A DNA stretch of 24,000 bases from Nitrososphaerota archaeon (GTDB lineage: Archaea; Thermoproteota; Nitrososphaeria_A; Caldarchaeales; Calditenuaceae). Location: assembly GCA_033581555.1 (NCBI GenBank), contig JAVQSZ010000008.1, forward strand, positions 3,001 to 27,000. Direction: 5' to 3'. Within the stretch, counting starts at the first letter, position 1, and each line of letters starts with the position of its first letter. The notes beneath the pieces are model-generated. The model saw only the letters and a list, made by a program, of their open reading frames with translations, did no database searches and had not been told where the DNA came from. Both the position numbers and the translations under genes were made by a program. Positions 15,843 to 24,000 of the stretch are shown here, piece after piece.

Positions 15843-16315
15843 GCGTCCTCGCCGTCGAGGTAGTAGTGCTTGATCGTGTCGACTACGGAGAAGCCCAGGG
15901 ACTCGTACATCCTGATCGCCGGGTAGTTGGTGACCCGGACCTCCAGGAAGACCTCGTCGCAGCGGTAGACGTCCCTCATTGCCCTGATCGCCTCCAGCAT
16001 CAGAGCCCTCCCTATCCCCCTCCTCCTGTGCTCGGGGAGGACCGCTATCGAGATCACGTGCCCCAGCCTCCTGAACCGTAGCCCTCCGAACTTCGAGAAA
16101 CCCCTCTCCACCCTGCACATGATGTACCCGACGACCTTGCCCTCGAACTCCGCGACGACGAAGCTCTCGGGATAGGACTTCGCGACGCTGAGGAAGAACG
16201 AGTAGGTGTAGTTCTCGGGCAGGGTCAGCCTGTTGACGTTCATCACCTCCAGCAGGTCCTCCTCCCTTGCCGGCCTCAGGACGTACTGCGCGTCCTCGCG
16301 CCTCAGCACCTCCAC
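15803..16315 (-). CDS. rimI: GNAT N-acetyltransferase, archaeal RimI/Ard1-like
   Basis: 170 aa; YVLRPAREEDLLEVMNVNRLTLPENY, HVISIAVLPEHRRRGIGRALMLEAI, LEVRVTNYPAIRMYESLGFSVV. Confidence 0.85.
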   Translation of the reverse strand: MEVLRREDAQYVLRPAREEDLLEVMNVNRLTLPENYTYSFFLSVAKSYPESFVVAEFEGKVVGYIMCRVERGFSKFGGLRFRRLGHVISIAVLPEHRRRGIGRALMLEAIRAMRDVYRCDEVFLEVRVTNYPAIRMYESLGFSVVDTIKHYYLDGEDAYVMALDLSSSLK

Positions 16316-16417
16316 GAACGCCTACCTCTCAAGCACGTCCCTCCCCGACCACTTAAGACTTTCCCGGAGCAATAACTTGATAAGACGGCCGTCCATGCAA
16401 TTCCTCTAGGTTCTGCG

Positions 16418-16765
16418 GTGGTGATCTTGTCGTCCCCGGAGGGAGTCTCTCGTCCCAAGAGGTCCACCAAGCAGCCCAAGCCCCGGCCCGCGGCGAAGCA
16501 GGAGCCCGCGAAGGCACCGGAGGCCGAGCGGGTGGTCGTGGTGGAGCTGATGGGTTGGAGGATCGAGCACGAGCTCCTCGACAGCGCCGAGGCCGAGCAG
16601 GTCCTCAATCGCTACAAGGCCACCCGCAACCAGCTCCCGAAGATCCTGGTCACGGACCCGGTCGTGAGGAGGATGGGCGCGAAGCCCGGCGATATCATAA
16701 AAATCACGAGGACCTCGCCTACCGCAGGGTTGACCGTCTACTATAGGGTGGTGGAGGAGGCTTGA
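16418..16765 (+). CDS. rpoH: RNA polymerase subunit H (Rpo5) with N-terminal extension
   Basis: C-terminal EHELLDSAEAEQVLNRYKATRNQLPKILVTDPVVRRMGAKPGDIIKITRTSPTAGLTVYYRVV; directly upstream of rpoB. Confidence 0.9.
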   Translation: MVILSSPEGVSRPKRSTKQPKPRPAAKQEPAKAPEAERVVVVELMGWRIEHELLDSAEAEQVLNRYKATRNQLPKILVTDPVVRRMGAKPGDIIKITRTSPTAGLTVYYRVVEEA

Positions 16766-19700
16766 AGGTCAGACCATCTCCTGAGTCCCTCACCCACGAA
16801 GAGCTCTGGGCCGTCGCGAAGGCCATCGTCGAGGAGGAGGGCCTGATCGCCCACCACTTCAGGTCCTACGAGTACTTCGTCAGGGAGGGGCTCGAGAGGC
16901 TCCTCAAGAGCATGAGCCCCCAGGAGATCAAGACGAAGCAGGGCGTCGCGTACCTCTACTTCAGGGATCCCGAGATAGGCCCGCCGACGATAAGGGAAGT
17001 CGACGGGTCAGAGAGGCACTACGTAACGCCCAACGAGTGCAGGCTCAGGAACCTCAGCTACACTGCTCCGATCTACGTCAGGATCACGCTCAAGCTCGAC
17101 GACCAGGAGATCGTCAAGAGCGAGAGGGTCCAGATCGGAGTCCTGCCGATCATGGTGAAGTCCTCTGTCTGTCCCCTCAGCAGGATGACCGACGAGGAGC
17201 TCGTCGCGATCGGAGAGGACCCCGCCGACCCCGGGGGTTACTTCATCATCAACGGGTCCGAGAGGGTCATAGTAGCTATTGAGGACCTCGCTCCCAACAA
17301 GGTCCTGATCACGTCGAAGGAGCAGGACGGAGGCGTCCAGTACTCGGCCGCTGTGATCTCGATCTCCTACGGGAGGCAGAGTAAGGTCGAGGTCACCTAC
17401 AAGCCCGGCGGGCCGGTGAGGGTCTTCTTCGCGAAGATCCACAAGGGCATACCGCTGATCGTCATGCTGAGGGCCCTCGGGATGGAGAACGACAAGCAGA
17501 TCGCGGAGTTCGTCTCGCCGCTCCCGGAGGTCCAGGAGATGCTGATCGAGAGCTTCAGGGAGGCGGAGGGGATCGAAGACAAGAAGGAGGCCCTGAGGTT
17601 CCTGGGGAACAGGGTCGCCTTCGGGTACGCGGAGGAGTACAGGATCGAGAGGGCGGAGCAGATGCTCGACAACAACTTCCTCATCCACCTCGGCACGAGT
17701 AAGGACGCCAGGTTCAAGAAGGCGGTGATGCTCTGCGACATAGTCGGAAAGCTCCTCGAGACGGCCGCGGGCATCAGGAAGCCTGACGACAAGGACCATT
17801 ACGCCAACAAGAGGCTCAAGCTCGAGTCGCAGCTACTGACGGAGCTCTACAGGTCCGCCCTCAACAAGCTCATCAGGGACATCAGGTACCAGCTCGAGAG
17901 AATACTCATCACCAGACAGCCCGTCTCCCTCTCCACGTTCATAAGGCCCGGGATAGTGAACGACGTGGTCCTGACGGCCTTCTCGACGGGCAACTGGCCA
18001 GGTGGGAGGGTAGGAGTGACGCAGATACTCAACAGGACCAACTACCTCGCGACCGTCAGCCACCTGAGGAGGGTCCAGAGCCCGCTGAGCAGGAGCCAGC
18101 CCCACTTCGAGGCCAGGGACCTCCACGGGACCCACTGGGGGAGGATATGTCCGGCCGAGACGCCCGAGGGAGCGAACGCGGGTCTGGTCAAGAACCTGGC
18201 CTTGGGCGCCGAGGTCACGGTCCCGCTCCTGAAGGACGACGAGGAGGCCCTCAGGGAGAAGCTCTGGAAGCTCGGGCTGGTCAGCTGGACGTCGATCATC
18301 GAGAAGAAGACCGCGGCGAGGAGGAAGGAGCTCAGGACCAAGGTTTACATCAACGACGAGCTGATCGGGTACCACCCTGACGGGAAGAAGCTCGTGAGGG
18401 AGCTGAAGAGGATGAGGAGGGGCGGCGAGGTAAACCAGTCCGTCAACGTCCTCCTCAGGGAGTACGAGCACCTCTCAGAGGTCTACATCTACTCCGACGA
18501 GGGAAGGGTCAGGAGGCCCCTGGTGGTCATCGAGGACAGCGAGGTCAAGCTCAAGCGGCACATGGCCGAGTCCGTCGCCCAGGGGACGCTGAAGGCGAGG
18601 GACCTCGCAGCGATGGGAGTGATCGAATACCTAGACGCCAGCGAGGAGGACAACGCCTACGTCGCCCTGAGTCCAGAGGACGTCACCAAGTCCCATGACT
18701 ACCTCGAGATAAGCCCGCTGATGATGATGGGCGTCGTTGCCGGGATCATCCCCTTCAGCAACCACAACCAGTCGCCGAGGAACGTCTACGAGGCCTCGAT
18801 GGCGAAGCAGGCCCTCGGCCTCCCCGCGATCTCGTACCCGGTCAGGACCGACAGCAGGCTCCACGTGATGATCTACCCGCAGAAGGCCCTCGTCAAGACG
18901 AAGGCGATGGACCTCCTCAGGCTCGACAGGAGACCGATAGGTCAGAACTTCGTCGTCGCGGTGCTGACGGGATACGGCTACAACATCGAGGACGCGGTAG
19001 TGCTGAACAGGTCCGCGATCGAGAGGGGGCTCGCGGTCACGATGAGCTACAGGACCTATGAGGTCGAGGCCAGGCAGTACCTCGGCGGCGAGAAGGACAG
19101 GGTCGCGATACCGGACCCGAACGTCAGGGGCTACAGGGGCGAGCAGTACTACAGGGTCCTCGACAGGGACGGCCTCGCGGTCCCCGAGTCCGAGGTCACC
19201 GACGGTATGGTCCTCGTCGGGGTCGTCAGCCCACCCAGGTTCATGGAGGAGTACGTCAGGACCCCGGCCAGGGAAATGGTCTGGAGGGACGCCTCAGAGG
19301 CGGTGAGGCCCTCCGAGGTCGGGATCGTTGACGAGATATTCGCCTCGAGGAACGTCGAGGGCAACGCGCTCATCAAGCCCCGGGTCAGGGCCCTCTGCTT
19401 CCCCGAGATCGGCGACAAGTTCGCTTCCAGGCACGGCCAGAAGGGGGTGATCGGAATGGTCTTCCAGCAGGCCGACCTGCCCTACACCGAGAGCGGGATC
19501 GTCCCGGACCTCATCATCAACCCGCACGCGTTCCCGTCCAGGATGACAGTCGGCCAGCTGATCGAGAGCCTCGCGGGTAAGCTAGCGGCCCTCAAGGGCG
19601 AACCTGTCGACGGGTCTCCGTTCGTCGGGAAGGGCCTCGAGGAGATCAAGAGGGAGCTGGAGGAGCTGGGGTTCAAGAGCACCGGGACCGAGGTGATGTA

Positions 19701-20148
19701 CGACGGCCTTACCGGTAGGAGGTACGAGGTCGAGGTCTTCATCGGCGTCACGTTCTACCAGAGGCTCCACCACCTCGTCAGGGACAAGATCCACGCGAGG
19801 TCCAGGGGCCAGGTCCAGATGCTCACCCGCCAACCCACGGAGGGCAGGGCTAGGGGAGGAGGTCTGAAGTTCGGGGAGATGGAGAGGGACTGCCTCCTCG
19901 CTTACGGCGCGAGCTACCTGCTCCTCGACAGGCTCCTCGAGCAGTCCGACAAGTACACCGTCTACTTCTGCGAGAAGTGCGGACTCGCGGCCTACTACGA
20001 CCTGAAGCAAGAGAGGCTCGTCTGCCCGATCCACGGGAAGAACCCGCCCGCGAAGCCGGTCACGCTCTCCTACGCCTTCTACCTGCTGCTGAACGAGCTG
20101 CTCTCGATGGGCATCTACCCGAAGGTCATCTTGGAGGAGGTGGCCTGA
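16762..20148 (+). CDS. rpoB: RNA polymerase subunit B (Rpo2), unsplit
   Basis: 1128 aa; GGYFIINGSERVIVAIEDLAPNK, RDLHGTHWGRICPAETPEGANAGLVKNLAL, GYGYNIEDAVVLNRSAIERG, SRHGQKGVIGMVFQQADLPYTESGIVPDLIINPHAFPSRMTVGQLIE, C-terminal Zn motif CEKCG...CPIHG. Confidence 0.97.
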   Translation: MKVRPSPESLTHEELWAVAKAIVEEEGLIAHHFRSYEYFVREGLERLLKSMSPQEIKTKQGVAYLYFRDPEIGPPTIREVDGSERHYVTPNECRLRNLSYTAPIYVRITLKLDDQEIVKSERVQIGVLPIMVKSSVCPLSRMTDEELVAIGEDPADPGGYFIINGSERVIVAIEDLAPNKVLITSKEQDGGVQYSAAVISISYGRQSKVEVTYKPGGPVRVFFAKIHKGIPLIVMLRALGMENDKQIAEFVSPLPEVQEMLIESFREAEGIEDKKEALRFLGNRVAFGYAEEYRIERAEQMLDNNFLIHLGTSKDARFKKAVMLCDIVGKLLETAAGIRKPDDKDHYANKRLKLESQLLTELYRSALNKLIRDIRYQLERILITRQPVSLSTFIRPGIVNDVVLTAFSTGNWPGGRVGVTQILNRTNYLATVSHLRRVQSPLSRSQPHFEARDLHGTHWGRICPAETPEGANAGLVKNLALGAEVTVPLLKDDEEALREKLWKLGLVSWTSIIEKKTAARRKELRTKVYINDELIGYHPDGKKLVRELKRMRRGGEVNQSVNVLLREYEHLSEVYIYSDEGRVRRPLVVIEDSEVKLKRHMAESVAQGTLKARDLAAMGVIEYLDASEEDNAYVALSPEDVTKSHDYLEISPLMMMGVVAGIIPFSNHNQSPRNVYEASMAKQALGLPAISYPVRTDSRLHVMIYPQKALVKTKAMDLLRLDRRPIGQNFVVAVLTGYGYNIEDAVVLNRSAIERGLAVTMSYRTYEVEARQYLGGEKDRVAIPDPNVRGYRGEQYYRVLDRDGLAVPESEVTDGMVLVGVVSPPRFMEEYVRTPAREMVWRDASEAVRPSEVGIVDEIFASRNVEGNALIKPRVRALCFPEIGDKFASRHGQKGVIGMVFQQADLPYTESGIVPDLIINPHAFPSRMTVGQLIESLAGKLAALKGEPVDGSPFVGKGLEEIKRELEELGFKSTGTEVMYDGLTGRRYEVEVFIGVTFYQRLHHLVRDKIHARSRGQVQMLTRQPTEGRARGGGLKFGEMERDCLLAYGASYLLLDRLLEQSDKYTVYFCEKCGLAAYYDLKQERLVCPIHGKNPPAKPVTLSYAFYLLLNELLSMGIYPKVILEEVA

Positions 20149-20150
20149 AG

Positions 20151-23100
20151 ATGGTGAAGGGCTCGATAGCCGCGATCAAGTTCGGGCTCCTCTCGCCCGA
20201 GATGATCCGGAGCATGGCCGTCGCGGAGATCTCCAACCCCGAGACCTACGACGAGGACGGTGCCCCGATCGCGACCGGTGTGATGGATCCGAGGCTTGGG
20301 ACCCTCGAGCCCGGACAGAGGTGCAAGACCTGTGGGAACACCTACCTCAACTGCCCGGGGCACTTCGGGTACATCGAGCTGGCAGTCCCGGTGATACACA
20401 TAGGCTACGTCAAGGTCATCCACGAGCTCCTCAGGTCTACGTGCAGGTCCTGCGGGAGGCTCCTGCTCCCCGAGGAGCAGATCGCCAAGTACAAGGCCGA
20501 GGTCGAGAAGCTCAAGTCCGAGAACAGACAGTACAGGCACGTCTTCTACAGGGTCAAGCAGATAGCGATGTCGACCAACGTCTGCCCTCACTGCAGCGAG
20601 AAGCAGGTCAAGGTCGAGCTGGAGAAGCCTATGACGTTCTACGAGGCGACCGCGCAGGGGATGGTCAGGCTGACCGCGAACGTCGTCAGGCAGAGGCTCG
20701 AGAAGATACCTGATGGGGACCTGGAGCTCCTCGACCTGGACCCGAAGAGCGCCCGCCCCGAGTGGATGGTCCTGACGGTCCTTCCCGTACCGCCGGTCTA
20801 CGTGAGGCCCTCGATCACCCTCGAGACCGGTTACAGGTCCGAGGACGACCTCACCCACAAGCTCGTCGACATCCTGAGGGTCAACCAGAGGCTCAGGGAC
20901 GCAATAGCCTCGGGCGCTCCTTCCCCGGTGATAATCGAGCTGGCGGACCTCCTCCAGTACCACGTCACGACCTACATCAACAACGAGGTCCCGAACCTGG
21001 CCCCGGCGCAGCACAGGTCCGGGAGGGTCCTCAAGACGTTGGCCCAGAGGCTCAAGGGGAAGGAGGGGAGGTTCAGGCTCAACCTCTCCGGGAAGAGGGT
21101 CGACTTCTCCGCGAGGACCGTCATCTCGCCTGACCCGAACATCGACATCGACGAGGTCGGAGTCCCGATAGAGGTCGCGATGCAACTTACGGTCCCCGAG
21201 TCGGTGACGCCCTGGAACAGGGAGAAGCTCAAGCAGCTGGTCAGGAACGGCCCCTACGAGTACCCGGGGGCGAGGTACGTCATAAGGCCCGACAAGAGGA
21301 TCATCAGGCTGAAGTTCGTCCAGGACCTGAACGAGCTCGCAGAGCAGCTGGACGTCGGGTGGGTCGTCGAGAGGCACCTGATGGACGGGGACATAGTGCT
21401 CTTCAACAGGCAGCCCAGCCTCCATAGGATCTCGATCATGGCCCACAGGGTCAAAGTTCTCCCCTTCAAGACCTTCAGGCTCAACCTGATGGTCTGCACG
21501 CCCTACAACGCCGACTTCGACGGAGACGAGATGAACCTCCACGTTCCTCAGAGCGAGGAGGCCCAGGCCGAGGCCAGGCTGTTGCTGCAGGTCCAGAGGA
21601 ACGTGATCTCGCCGAGGTACGGCGCCCCGATCATCGGCGCCATCAGGGACTTCCTCACCTCCTCCTACCTGCTCACCGCTAAGGCGGAGCTCGACAAGCA
21701 GTTCGTGGGCCACCTGCTCGCGGCCGCAGGCTACTCCGGGCCCCTGCCCCCGCCGAAGGGGTCGGGAGGGGGGTGGAAGGGGGCCCAAATCTTCAGCCTC
21801 CTGCTCCCGAAGGGCCTCAGCTACGAGGGCCAGGCCGCCTTCAGCCCGGACGACAAGGTGGTCGTAAGGAACGGCGAGCTGGTCGAGGGTTACGCCGACA
21901 AGGCGCTGATCGGCGTTGAGCGGCCCAACAGCCTCCTCCACCGGGTCGCGAGGGACCACGGGCCCGAAGAGGTCGCGAGGTTCCTCAACTCCCTGATCAG
22001 GCTCGCCAACACCTACATCAACCTCAGGGGCTTCACGCTGGGTATCGAGGACCTCACGGTCCCGCCGAGGCTCTACGAGGAGAAGGCCAAGTTGATCGAG
22101 CAGATGGAGCGGGAGTACCAGAACCTCTGGAGGAGCTACGTCGAGGGCACGATCGAGGTGGGTCCCGGTCAGACGCCGGAGAGGGCCTTCGAGGGCCAGC
22201 TCCTCGAGCTGCTCTCCAGGGTCAGGGACAAGATAGGCTCGACGATAAGGAAGCACTTCCCTCCGACGAATCCGATCGTCGTGATGGCCAGGGTAGGCGC
22301 GAGGGGTAGCAGCCTCAACATCGACCAGATGACCGCGATAGTCGGGCAGCAGGCCGTCAGGAGGGAGAGGCCGAGCAGGGGCTTCACCGACAGGGTCCTG
22401 CCCCACTTCAAGCCCGGAGACCTCTCGCCCCCGGCCAGGGGCTTCGTCTACGACGCGTTCATCACAGGCCTCGACCCGATCGAGTTCTTCTTCCACATGA
22501 TGGGCGGAAGGGACGGGCTCGTCGACACCGCGGTCAGGACCCAGCAGAGCGGTTACATGCAGAGGAGGCTGATCAACGCGCTCGAGTCGCTCTACGTCGA
22601 GTTCGACGGCTCGGTGAGGACCTCCGACACCAAGCGGATCGTCCAGTTCCTCTACGGCGAGGACGGCGTCGACCCGGCGAAGAGCGACCACGGCATGCCC
22701 TTCACCCCGAGCGTGATCGTCTCGAAGGTCCTCGGAGAGGCCAAGCCCTCCGGACAGCCGGCGACCGAGGAGGAGGTCGAGAGGGTCGCCTCCGGTTACA
22801 GGGACCTGATCCCACCGAAGTGGCTCGACGAGCTCGTCAGGACGGTGAAGGCGAAGAGGGTGCCCTCCGACGTTCTCGAGCAGGTCTTCAGGTCGGCTTA
22901 CCAGGCCTACCTCCAGAGCCTCGTCGAGGTCGGCGACCCGGTCGGGATAGTCGCGGCCCAGTCGATAGGCGAGCCCGGGACCCAGCTGACGCTGAGGACC
23001 TTCCACTTCGCGGGCGTCAGGGAGCAGAGCATCCTCCTGGGACTCCCGAGGCTGATCGAGATCGTCGACGCGAGGAGGGAGCCCTCGACCCCGATAATGA

Positions 23101-23942
23101 GGATCCACCTGAAGCCGCCCTACGACTCCGACCCGAAGCTCGCGAAGCAGGTCGCGAGGAACATCCAGTCCACCTACCTAAAGGACATCGTCACGTCCTT
23201 CAGCGTCGACCTGAGGAGGGGTCAGCTGGTGATGAAGCTGGACCCGGAGGCGATGAGGGAGCTCGGGGTCACCAAGAAGCACCTCGAGTCAGCGCTCAAG
23301 CAGTACTCCCCGCAGGTCCTCGAGAGGGAGCTCAGGGTCACGGTACCGAAGGCGCAGCTGACCGACGTGACCTCGTTCAGGGAGAGCGTCCTCTCGGTGA
23401 AGGTGAAGGGCTTGAGGAGGATCACGAAGGCCATCGTGAAGCGGGAGGGCGACGAGTACTACATCGAGACCGAGGGCTCCAACCTGAAGGAGGTGCTGAG
23501 CGTCCCTGAGGTCGACCCGAAGAGGGTCAAGACCAACGACATCCACGAGGTCGCGGAGGTCTTGGGCATCGAGGCCGCGAGGGCCCTCATCATCGACGAG
23601 ATCGTCAACGTCCTGAAGGAGCAGGGGCTCGACGTGGACGTGAGGCACATCATGCTAGTCGCGGACATGATGACCGTCGACGGTTCGGTCAAGCAGATCG
23701 GGAGGCACGGCGTCGTGAGGCTGAAGAGCAGCGTCCTCGCGAGGGCCGCGTTCGAGATCAGCGTCCAGACCCTCCTCGAGGCGGCGATGAGGGGCGAGAC
23801 CGACTACCTCAGGAGCAACGTCGAGAGGATATTGATGGGGAAGGAGGTCCCTGTGGGCACCGGGATGGTCCAGCTCTTGATGAAGTACGTCCCTCCGAAG
23901 GAGCCCCAGACCTCCGCAGATCAGCAGAGCGACGGGTCCTGA
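20151..23942 (+). CDS. rpoA: RNA polymerase subunit A, continuous A'+A'' (unsplit Rpo1), about 1263 aa; ORF track start 19977
   Basis: ATG at 20151, 2 nt after the rpoB stop (MVKGSIAAIKFGLLSPEMIRSMAVAEI). Contains the A' motif YNADFDGDEMNLHVPQSEEAQAEA and the A'' motif DPVGIVAAQSIGEPGTQLTLRTFHFAGV in one frame. Confidence 0.96.
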   Translation: MVKGSIAAIKFGLLSPEMIRSMAVAEISNPETYDEDGAPIATGVMDPRLGTLEPGQRCKTCGNTYLNCPGHFGYIELAVPVIHIGYVKVIHELLRSTCRSCGRLLLPEEQIAKYKAEVEKLKSENRQYRHVFYRVKQIAMSTNVCPHCSEKQVKVELEKPMTFYEATAQGMVRLTANVVRQRLEKIPDGDLELLDLDPKSARPEWMVLTVLPVPPVYVRPSITLETGYRSEDDLTHKLVDILRVNQRLRDAIASGAPSPVIIELADLLQYHVTTYINNEVPNLAPAQHRSGRVLKTLAQRLKGKEGRFRLNLSGKRVDFSARTVISPDPNIDIDEVGVPIEVAMQLTVPESVTPWNREKLKQLVRNGPYEYPGARYVIRPDKRIIRLKFVQDLNELAEQLDVGWVVERHLMDGDIVLFNRQPSLHRISIMAHRVKVLPFKTFRLNLMVCTPYNADFDGDEMNLHVPQSEEAQAEARLLLQVQRNVISPRYGAPIIGAIRDFLTSSYLLTAKAELDKQFVGHLLAAAGYSGPLPPPKGSGGGWKGAQIFSLLLPKGLSYEGQAAFSPDDKVVVRNGELVEGYADKALIGVERPNSLLHRVARDHGPEEVARFLNSLIRLANTYINLRGFTLGIEDLTVPPRLYEEKAKLIEQMEREYQNLWRSYVEGTIEVGPGQTPERAFEGQLLELLSRVRDKIGSTIRKHFPPTNPIVVMARVGARGSSLNIDQMTAIVGQQAVRRERPSRGFTDRVLPHFKPGDLSPPARGFVYDAFITGLDPIEFFFHMMGGRDGLVDTAVRTQQSGYMQRRLINALESLYVEFDGSVRTSDTKRIVQFLYGEDGVDPAKSDHGMPFTPSVIVSKVLGEAKPSGQPATEEEVERVASGYRDLIPPKWLDELVRTVKAKRVPSDVLEQVFRSAYQAYLQSLVEVGDPVGIVAAQSIGEPGTQLTLRTFHFAGVREQSILLGLPRLIEIVDARREPSTPIMRIHLKPPYDSDPKLAKQVARNIQSTYLKDIVTSFSVDLRRGQLVMKLDPEAMRELGVTKKHLESALKQYSPQVLERELRVTVPKAQLTDVTSFRESVLSVKVKGLRRITKAIVKREGDEYYIETEGSNLKEVLSVPEVDPKRVKTNDIHEVAEVLGIEAARALIIDEIVNVLKEQGLDVDVRHIMLVADMMTVDGSVKQIGRHGVVRLKSSVLARAAFEISVQTLLEAAMRGETDYLRSNVERILMGKEVPVGTGMVQLLMKYVPPKEPQTSADQQSDGS

Positions 23943-24000
23943 ACGCGTCTACCCTCGTTCTGTCCCCTCGGGTTCCCTCTTCTCTTTCTCCCTTACTCTC

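Noticed and set aside
15116-16118. Long overlapping ORFs (321 aa plus, 302 aa minus) over the nucleotidyltransferase/GNAT genes
   Set aside because: Both are alternate-frame translations over well-supported genes and lack motifs.
20115-23108. 997-aa open frame on the minus strand opposite rpoA
   Set aside because: Low-complexity Arg/Asp/Val/Leu/Pro-rich translation with no recognisable motif; a shadow ORF produced by strong codon bias in a GC-rich core gene.
1-24000. CRISPR arrays, transposases, rRNA, toxin-antitoxin or classical defence genes
   Set aside because: No regularly spaced repeats, transposase/integrase motifs or rRNA segments were noticed on reading the window; the locus looks metabolic plus housekeeping.
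23943-24000. C/T-rich tract after rpoA as a terminator or start of a new gene
   Set aside because: Pyrimidine-rich but without a clear T-run or start codon before the window edge; evidence too weak to call.

Overview
High-GC archaeal chromosomal window, read from the sequence and the ORF track only. The right part (about 12.5-24 kb) is core genome: an SppA-type protease, triosephosphate isomerase, a sugar nucleotidyltransferase, a RimI-like acetyltransferase, and an rpoH-rpoB-rpoA RNA polymerase operon in which A' and A'' form one continuous ORF (unsplit rpoA). The left part (1-11.5 kb) is a catabolic neighbourhood. It has a BMP-type (nucleoside/purine-like) ABC importer, a Tat-signal substrate-binding protein, a xanthine-dehydrogenase-like molybdopterin subunit, a cyclase-family metal hydrolase, and all three protein families linked to oxamate carbamoyltransferase (FdrA/AllF, DUF1116/AllG, DUF2877/AllH). 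The most notable item is a 51-aa ORF (7716..7871, minus strand) missing from the supplied ORF track. It starts in a 4-nt ATGA overlap with the fdrA stop and reads MTLNEVKKVLCLGISIFSDSLRDQGVEVVDVEWTPPVEIEDELKHILDKLL, resembling a domain usually fused to FdrA/DUF1116-type proteins. Taken together this is a candidate archaeal pathway that imports and opens N-heterocycles or ureides and recovers carbamoyl phosphate. A tRNA-Ala(GGC) gene with a 16-nt BHB-type intron separates the two parts; it is also not marked in the ORF track.
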